In this document: positions 25,201-34,200 of the stretch, piece after piece
How the letters are laid out: the number at the start of each line of letters is the position of its first letter
Numbering within the stretch: position 1 is the first letter of the stretch
From: Balanoglossus misakiensis
Lineage: Eukaryota > Animalia > Hemichordata
Assembly (NCBI GenBank): GCA_040954595.2
Contig: CM082594.2
Coordinates: forward strand, 1,072,247 to 1,136,246
DNA length: 64,000 bases
Direction: 5' to 3'
Notes under the pieces: generated by a model
Seen by the model: the letters and a program-made list of their open reading frames with translations, nothing else
Told to the model about the DNA's origin: nothing
The model's database searches: none
Program-made: the position numbers and the translations under genes

Positions 25201-28200
25201 CATATAGATTTTTTTGTGGTGATATCATAAAATGACTAATTTTGGTGAATTTTTTATCTTTTTCCCAAAATCTTCTTTTACAAAAAAACTTTTCAAATTC
25301 ATAACAAAAATCATTTGAGGGTGTGTAGAGGTTTTTCATTTTTTTTTTTTTTTTGAATCATGGTAAGAATTCAATAGTATATTTTGGGGTGATTTTTGCC
25401 ATTTTTGGTCCAAACTCTCAGAACCCTCTACCCCCATTGCTTTTAAATTTGATTTGCAGGTTACCAGGTGTGTTCTCATAATGATTTACAAAATCTATGA
25501 TGAAAGTGTCAATATTTTGTGGGGGCAATATCTTGTATTTATGGTGCATACTTTCCAATTTTGATTTGAAAAAACTATATTTCTCAAAGTGTTGGGCTGA
25601 TTACAAATGTACTTTAGAATTTAAGTTGTGAGTTAATGGGATGGGGTTCTTTAAAATTGTAATGGAATCAAATCGTAGGTATTTCGGAATTTGGCTGTTC
25701 TATTTGGTGTATGTACAGTACACGTGCCATTAGCAGCTTATGGGTCAGTGTTTGCCCATTGATCTCTCTCTATGTGTGTGTGTGTCTGTCTGTCTATGTA
25801 CTTCAGTGTAGACTTTTTCTTGATTAATCCCTAAATGGGACCAGTGTCCTTGACGCTGTTTTTGACAGTTATCTTTGAGTAGTGATTGTTTTTGACAAAT
25901 ATGAACGGTATATTAAAATAACACTAAAGTCCACCTCGGGTGTGTGGTGTACTTCTTTATTCAATTTTATATACATGTGTGCCTGTGTAATGATTTGTGC
26001 ATTTCTTCTTTATTAACAAGTTTATCGGTGTACGGTAGTTCTCTTTTTTAAGGATGTGGTGGCCCTGAGAAGGGCCGTTTGATATGCAGAGCATACGTCT
26101 CTGAGACGCTAAAAAACTTCCATGAAAACACCTCCGTAGTTGTCCTCTGATGACTGAATTTCTTCTTTAGTACCCTGCGAACACACCTCCTATACATTCC
26201 ATCTCCCCATAGATGTATATGGCTGGTCTACATTCTCATTCTGATAACAAAATGGAAATTCGACACGTCAGTACAACAATACAATAAACTGTAAAACACC
26301 ACTTTCTCTTATGCATCTTGTTTTGTTTTGTCAGCACAGCAGCAATGTAAAACCATGCAGCAAGAATTTTACTGATACAGATGATAAAGCATCATGTTAA
26401 AGTTATCTTTTACCGTTTTCATCAGCACAGTTATAAAATCGCATGATTCCAAGCATCTCATGTCTTTGGGAATATGGGTCATCTTGTTACCTCGTGTAAC
26501 ACATCATCCATGGATTTGCCCTCTTCATTATGGACAGTTTGTCAGTACTTCTCAAAAACTGAAACAAAATAACAGACAGACTTTATATGACGGCAGTCAT
26601 GGGGAGTGACTGTGATGATGGTCTACCGTTCATAAATCTGGAAAAATATAGTTTTTGTTTTCTTGAAGTGTCTAATGCTGCAGTCACACAATCAACTGAA
26701 ACAGTCAGAGAATTAATTAATAGTATTCTGTGTAATGTAAGTTGACCACAATGAAAGCAAGAATGGTCCTAAATCAATATAAATCCAGATGGTTTCAGCT
26801 ATAACTCATTTGAAAAAATGTCCGAGCTAGACAGTTAAAGTGCGGTTTTCAGAACAAACAAAAGACCTTATACTTTATATCAGTCATTGCTTTCTGTTCA
26901 ATTAAATAGAAAAATCGGAAAAACAAACTTATCTATTTTAAAACCTTGAACTACAAGTAGTTCAGGTGACTTTTCTTCTTTTGATTCCAGATTGCAAGGA
27001 ACAGTCTGACATGGAAGATGAAATTATCTGGGGTCATATAAGATACTTGTGCCTTAATTTTCTGTAATGCTGCATTGCTCTGCTCACAGATCTGGGTATT
27101 TATGTTGGCCAAATTTCTGTTGTCCTTGTACTGTTGCAGGCTATAACCTGATGAACAACTGATCAGTAAAATATAAAAGAAGATTCTTCTGTGAAAATTT
27201 TAACAGTATAAAACATAAACAATTTTTTTCAGACAAATTGATATCGTTCCTTAGAAAATTGACACACATGCCCTGAATACATTTCAGATACCTGATTAAC
27301 AGAGCTTATGAGCCAGTCAGAAGTTGTAATTTGAGCAAACCTGTTTATGTCACCAGTCCGGGTTATGTCTCTGAGTGGAATAATAGAATTGACCAATCGG
27401 TGATTGCCATTGTGAAATTTGATTTTATCAGAGCAAAATCCTTTCCCTGTCTCCTACCTCCTAACTGACTCCAAATATGATGTGGTTAACTGGTCGTATA
27501 CTTCTTAGCTGTTCCAGTCAACTAAGCTCTGCAATTGCCAAACATAGATGATTTGAAAAATATTCTTTTGAGCTTTTTAATCTGATACTCACCCAATGTG
27601 GTTTTTCCAATGGAGACGATCCACTAAGAAAACTGTCTTCATGAAATAGTTTGGTTCTCTGAAGAAAGACAAAAAATCACTTCATTAGTTCTAATCTTTA
27701 TATTCTTGCTGAAAGGAGTAAGCAACGTCAATTCATCAAATTCTTGATTTTTTTTTTTTGGGGGGGGGGGGGTAAAACACAAAATTAACCATATGACAAG
27801 CTGACATCTCAATATGAAAAAATTGTAACAAAGTGGCTGCCAGACCACCATCTTGGATCATATCGCAAAAAAAATTGAGTTAAAGGCAAGGGTGGGCAAG
27901 CATAATTGAGCATAAAATAAAGCTTAGCCACCCTTCTCTTAAGTTTAACAGAAGTGTGGTAATCACATTAACATACAAAACAGTATATCAAGGTTGAAAT
28001 AAGACTTACCGATTTAAACAGTACTGATGCAGCCGACATGCATTGTCATATATGACAATGGCTGGAGGTTGTCTTAGTCTTGTTGTCATAATGTTGAATG
28101 GCACTTCGGGTGACTCCACTTGCCTCATAGCCTGGAAGCCATAGCAGAACCCATGTTGACAGAACACAGTGAAAATGCCAGGTGATAACGTAGGGTGTTT

Positions 28201-31200
28201 GTTGGAGATCTTTTGGCAAGTGTCATCACCATGTGCAAGTCTGTCTTTGTCTTGCCGGTACAGAGGTTTCCTATTAAATGAAAAGTGAAAGCATGATAAC
28301 TAAGAGAATGGCAATGGCATGCATAGCACATGGGTACATAAACTTCCATTTTGAATACATATAAACATGTATACAGAAAGGTATGTCTAAGTGGGAAATG
28401 AAAATTCACAAAAGTAATGAAAATAATGCAAAAAGTGGCAGCTCTAGAGGCTTAAGACAGACTTCAATTAACTTTCAAGTTACAGTGAGATATCCTTACC
28501 CATGAAGCTTTGGTAGGCAAGGGAAGCAAGCTACAGGGTCTTCTATTGGATCTGGATATTGCACAGTACTATCAGGTCCCTGGTTACATACTTTGTATGA
28601 GCTCCTCACTCGTAACAACACATCTCTAAGAAGGCGACGCACTTCTCTTGGGATACCATGAGGATTGTGCCCGAAATGTGACAGCAATTTGAAAATAAGA
28701 GGAGCATCTTGCTGTACAATTTCAAGTTCCCCTTGATGTCTGCTGTCAAATATATCGAGTCCGTGTATTATTTTCTTGATGACATGTTTAGCCTGTGAAT
28801 CTGGGGTCAATTGCAGAAGAGCACTTGCAGGCGAGTTTTTTGACAAATCTTGAAGAAATTGGCAGAACTCCTTTGGGGCTAGCAGATTTCTTCCGTGTCC
28901 ACTGACGAGTTGGAGAAATTCCATAAGCGAATGGAGGTGACTGTACTTTCTCATCAAATTAATCATCACTGTGTACTCAAGGGGTGTAAGTGGTTTCTCA
29001 GCTGGCTTGTTGGTACTACAAAACTGTAATAACAGTTTCCTGACCTTGGCATTTGGTATATACACTCGGTCACAGTGACGTGTACCAATATCCAAAGGCT
29101 GGCCTTGGTCACGTGATGCCCTCTCTGGGTCTGGAAGTTCTTGCAAGAGGCGTTTGTTCAGTCCTACACTCGTACCATCACATATCAGAACAGAAGGCTG
29201 CAGCTCACATATAGGGCATTGGTATACAGTGCCATAATTTATGTCCAATAGCCTTGCAAATGCATTCCAGGCATTCCTATGTTTGTGGTATTTCAAAGAA
29301 ACAGACTCTGATAACATAGCATGTTTTTCAGAGTAGGCCCTATTTAAGAACAGAAAGAAAGATTAATGTCAGGTGATTGCCAGGAGTGAAAGAAAGTTTA
29401 TAATGTTTATCTGTTGTAACATTTTTATACTGTACCTTCTCTGATAAGAGCCCCCAAATTAATGGGGGGTGGGGGTGAAAAGAATACAACCTGGTACATC
29501 AAGAAATGTGTTTTTGGTGGGCTTCCTAATCACCCTGTAAATTATATCATGGGAAAAATGGCGCTCTTGAGCATGTGACAGGTCTAAACAATTATCGGAC
29601 TGGTAAAAGCAACAATGAACTTTTGAAATTTGATGACTGACTATATGGGTAACAGCCTTCCCTAGAGAATATTTAGACAAAAATTTTGCTTACCACCCCT
29701 TCGTTCAAGTATTAATGGGTAATTTCAGTATTGATCTTTCCTTGCTGAGCTACCAAATACATAAGTTCCCTAGTCAATGATTATATTTTTAGAAATACAA
29801 AGTATATGTACTTACCTATGGAAAGATGCCAACGGATTTCTGGACTCTACCATCAAATGAAGGTAGGAGAGTAATAAACTGTAGTGAATAATGTCCTTGT
29901 TGTTCAGATTAAACATCAAATCTCCATGCCCATCATAATGCAACCTGCACATACATGGACCAACACTTGGACGATAGTACACTGCAAGGAAAATAATGAC
30001 TATGTTAATATAATTACCAATACATGTAGGAGATCATTAGATAAGTGGGATGGAAGTTGCGTGTGGTCGAACGGTGATTCACTATATAGCCATATGTAGA
30101 ATAATATTCACGGTGTCTTGTATCAATCAAACATTTTAATGGAAAAATGGCAGTGATCCAATGCAACCTTAAACCAATGGTACAGTAAATAAGGTTAACT
30201 TACCCTTGATAGTTTGTTCCTCTCCTTCTACATAAACATGCTGAAGTGAATGTGTCTCATAATACACAATGGCATCTCCAACAAGCCAATGTTGTTGTAC
30301 AGGGTCATCAACATCCCATGCATGTCCATGTTGACAGGTAGAATGGGGGCCAGCACTTGGTATCTCGGGAATTAGATTATGCTGTACAGGCTGTTCTCCA
30401 CTTTGTTGTTGTTGAAACTTTACCTTCAGAGAGTCATCAAGAGGGTATGAGATTGGCTTAAATGACACGCTTGGGAAAGTACTTTCTTTCAAAGTGCGTT
30501 CAGTTTCTTGAATCTCAACCTCATTTTGTCCACACCATATTCGGTATTCTTCAACATGGTCACATGTGGTTCTACCATATGCGCAGGTCTCACAGCTAAG
30601 TTTTTTACCAACATGTTTGTTCCTCAGAGATATTATATGTGTGTCTTCACCTATGGTAACACTAGTCAGGAACGGATTCAATGACAGGCAATCAACAATG
30701 ACTGATGTGTCTGCAGAGTTGGGGTCCACTTCAACAGGTACATCAGGAAAAAGTTCACTTGCTGCCCAGGCATGAAGACAGTATTTATTTTTTTCAGTTG
30801 TGATGAACTCATCAAAGTTTTCTGGTATCCCACGCTGAGATGAGGATAATCTGGCTGCTTGGATTAACCCATCCTGACATGAACATGTATACAGGAACTC
30901 CTGAGACGTACTCTGCACACTGTAAAATCGCAGGTTACGTTTGACAATAACGTGCTGTGATATCAACTGCCCAGTCTCAATTTCACAATCTGACAATACA
31001 TATGTATTGCCAGATGATAGCTCCCACTTTCTGTTCTGGGCTTGTAACTGATGCAGGTATTCTTCCCTTGCGTTATTGCCAATTGTACCAACTACTGAAG
31101 ATATTCTGAAGAGAAACAAACAAAACTTGGTCACATATAAACATTTATGTTCACTGATTCCTCTAAAAAAGTATCTATTGTTTTGAAAGAGCATATCAAT

Positions 31201-34200
31201 AACTAAATAAATTTTCATTGTACTCAACACATATGATACTAATTAAAAAAGCAGATCTGACCTAACCATATTTAAACACAGAAATGTAAAAAGAAATTAA
31301 CAATAGGCCAATAAAGTGTCATGTGTGATGGCAATTTTAGAGAGGCAGTGCTAGAGAAATTGATATTTGACTAAAATGATATACAAACCATTACATTACC
31401 AGCAGCTAACCTCCCCCCCCCCCCATTTTTATCTCAAGTAATGTACACACAAGGCAGATAAGTCCCCCATAAACCTGGCTTCCTATCAGGTGTTTGCTGA
31501 TAACATGCCAAATTTAAAGTAGGGATACATAACCAAAGTAAGCTGTTGTAAAAATCAGTGAAATTTCCATATTTGTGTTCTTGGGGCAATTTTGGCCGTT
31601 TTTGGTCTTAAATCATTTTTTTCTCTGATTGATTTGAAATTTGGGACTCAATTTTTATAACACATAAATGTTTGTGTACAACTTCTATTAAATCCTGATA
31701 TCACATTTTTTTGTGCTTTTCTTTGTTAAAAATAAAACTAAAACCCTAGTTAGAAGGCCTAACTCCAGTCTATGGTCTCCAGTCTTGGTGATCGAGTGCC
31801 AGAGATCAATTCCCCTGCTATGACTGATTACCCTTACAGAGTATTCATTGGCAGGATTTTTTTGGTTTGAAATAAAATAGTAGTTGCTGAAAACACAGGT
31901 CTTCAGGTACTTCCCCCCAGTCGTCCCACAATGCAATGCGGTTTTCAAGATGGCGGTTAATACAGTTTTGCCCTGAGAGAGAAGGGAGGACACGATCACC
32001 CCGCCGGGATAAATCAATCAAACTATTAAAAGAATTAAATTAATGACACCTATCAACGCCTGTTGTCAGACATTTAATGAGCGACTTTCGTACCTGAAAA
32101 GGGCAAATTAATACCGGCCTTTGTCTCCTTCACGATCACATGATACTGCACGCTATGTGTTACAAACAGTGCAACTCTAATATATACTTACTCAAAACGT
32201 TGGCGCTTTACGCTTTTAGCGATCTCCTGGTGTGGCCGCTTCTTTCTTCGCACATTCGATGGATGGGATTCAAAAAATCGACGACGTTGTTTGCGATCCA
32301 TTCTCTATTGAAATGTAATCTATAATAACGAAGTACTGCCAAACTATATGCATGACGTAACGCTATTTAAACGTTTCATTTCATATCGTTGAGGGCGCCA
32401 AGAGTCCCGCAGAGTCGAATATATTGCATTGTGCGTGAATTCCCGCAGAGTGCCATTTATTGCACTGTGCGTGTCCCGCACTTTGGCCCCTCACTCTTGT
32501 CTTTTCGACACCCTTAAATACCTCACCAGTGTAGCCAGGTCTAGATAGAAACATTTGAACGGCAACAGCTAACAAACTCAGCGTAATTCAATAAAACGCC
32601 CTAACACAGCCTGAACTCGGATAATGTGTTATCCCAAAATTCATTCCGTGGAAAATAATCACTGGTCTGTTTACGTATTTCACCCGATTTTCCAAGGACT
32701 ACGGCAACCCGCCAGAAGTGAGTAGCCTGCTAATGAGATCTCCACAACATTACGTAATGACGGTCAAAGTCCGATGCCCCAGTGTCCGTCCTCAGCCCAC
32801 CAAAAATGCGAAAAATATTACAAAAATCTTCTTCTCAAAATCGACGTAGCCTAGGACCTTGAAATTTGGCACAAAGGATTTTGGCCACATGGTCTACAAA
32901 AATCGCGAAAAGAATGTACATTCCCCCATTAACGTGCAAATTAGGTCAATTTGAAAATTTCGCTCGATTATAGCCACCAAGTCACGTGACTAATTACAAA
33001 TTCAAAGGGCAGGTGCACTAGTACTCATGGGCCCCAATCATCGTGCCAAACTTCATAGGCGCAGGTGCCGGAATTTCAGAGAAAAACGGGAGCAAAAAAA
33101 CGACTCAAGAAGAAAGAAGAAAAACTCCAGCAATAACAGAAGGGGACCAAGCGCCTGAGGGCGCTTGGTCCCCTAATAATGGAGTCACCAGGGGAAAGAG
33201 ATCATTATCCATCTTGCAGTGTTTTGGTATGTATAACAGAAGGCAATATCTCCTCCTCGTCCACAGCCATAGCCTAGTATCTAGCCGTATTTTGTCCGCT
33301 TTGCTTCCAAAACTAGCATCTAGCCTCACTCATGCCACTGGCCCGATAAAACCCCATACCCCTTGCCGGGAATTGTGACGTATATATCAAATTATTGTGG
33401 TGTGATCCAATATGGAAAGAATGACAATTGGAATGTTCATCTCTTTGGTTGAAAAAATAATTTTTCAACAATGATGTCTATTGCAGAGAGGTGCGATGTT
33501 GGTCACTACTTTGACAACGGGACTTCTCAGTGCCAAAGCTGCCCCATTGGATTCTGGCAATCAGAAGAAGGAAAGTTTGTGTGTAATACTTGCCCAAAGG
33601 GAATGCTTACATTAGTTGAAGGAGCTACTGATGAGTCACAATGTCAGGGTAGGTACTTGTGTTATTTGCTATTCTTGACTATCAATCACATGATCTGGCC
33701 ATGTGACGTACCCATGGCGTTATCATTTGTTAGTGACAGGCAAGCAATATTTCGGCATCCAGTAAACTTTTTTCCGAGTAGGTTTTTACTTTAGAACCGC
33801 CAGATATGTAACATATTCAACAGTTTAACAAATTCACGTGAGTGAAAAGCAGATAATCGTGAATATCAAAAAATTAATCTTCTCAATTCCAGAGGTATGT
33901 AAATCAGTGGGAGTCCAACTTAGTGTCAATGGGTCTTGTGAGTCGTGTCCCATGGGAACCTATCGATCAAATGCTGAACTTCAGCCATCTTGTATGCCGT
34001 GCCCATTTGGCTTCACCACAAGAACAGTCGGTTCAACCTTAAGTGAAGATTGTAATGTTCGTAAGTATTATGTATACAACTTTTCATGTTGTATCTCAAC
34101 TGTACTGAACTGAAGGTTGTATTATTGTGCCTCAGTTGTTCAGAATAATGATAGTCCTCCAATTTTATTCTATGCTCTTTTTCCATTCCATCAACAGCTT

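Larger units (their letters stand above)
15895..32524 (-). mobile_element. 16.6-kb KDZ-superfamily DNA transposon with two convergent genes
   Basis: Perfect 119-bp TIRs (15896-16014 and 32405-32523). ACCAGTG direct repeat at 15888-15894 and 32525-32531. Encloses an intact KDZ transposase gene and an NRF1-like gene. Confidence 0.9.
13233..33175 (-). mobile_element. HINE (non-autonomous Helentron) copy inserted in a coding exon and carrying nested elements (~19.9 kb in total)
   Basis: Left end is the reverse complement of the HINE 3' end (ATTAAAGCTGCAAGCAGC..GGGGCCCAAGC). Right end is the 5' palindrome (GGGGACCAAGCGC..GCGCTTGGTCCCCT). The subTIRs match 10/11. Insertion falls between two A's (TT on the element strand) with no TSD. 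Body is similar to the 1-7158 array. Confidence 0.8.

Noticed and set aside
26040-26180. Penelope-like end or hammerhead ribozyme
   Set aside because: Only a loose resemblance (CCCTGAGAAGGGCCGTT, CTGATGA); I could not assemble a complete hammerhead core, so a covariance-model search is needed.
16015-26950. TET/JBP dioxygenase cargo as in fungal KDZ elements
   Set aside because: No HxD..H 2OG-Fe(II) fold signature was found in the frames I read; very small exons cannot be excluded.
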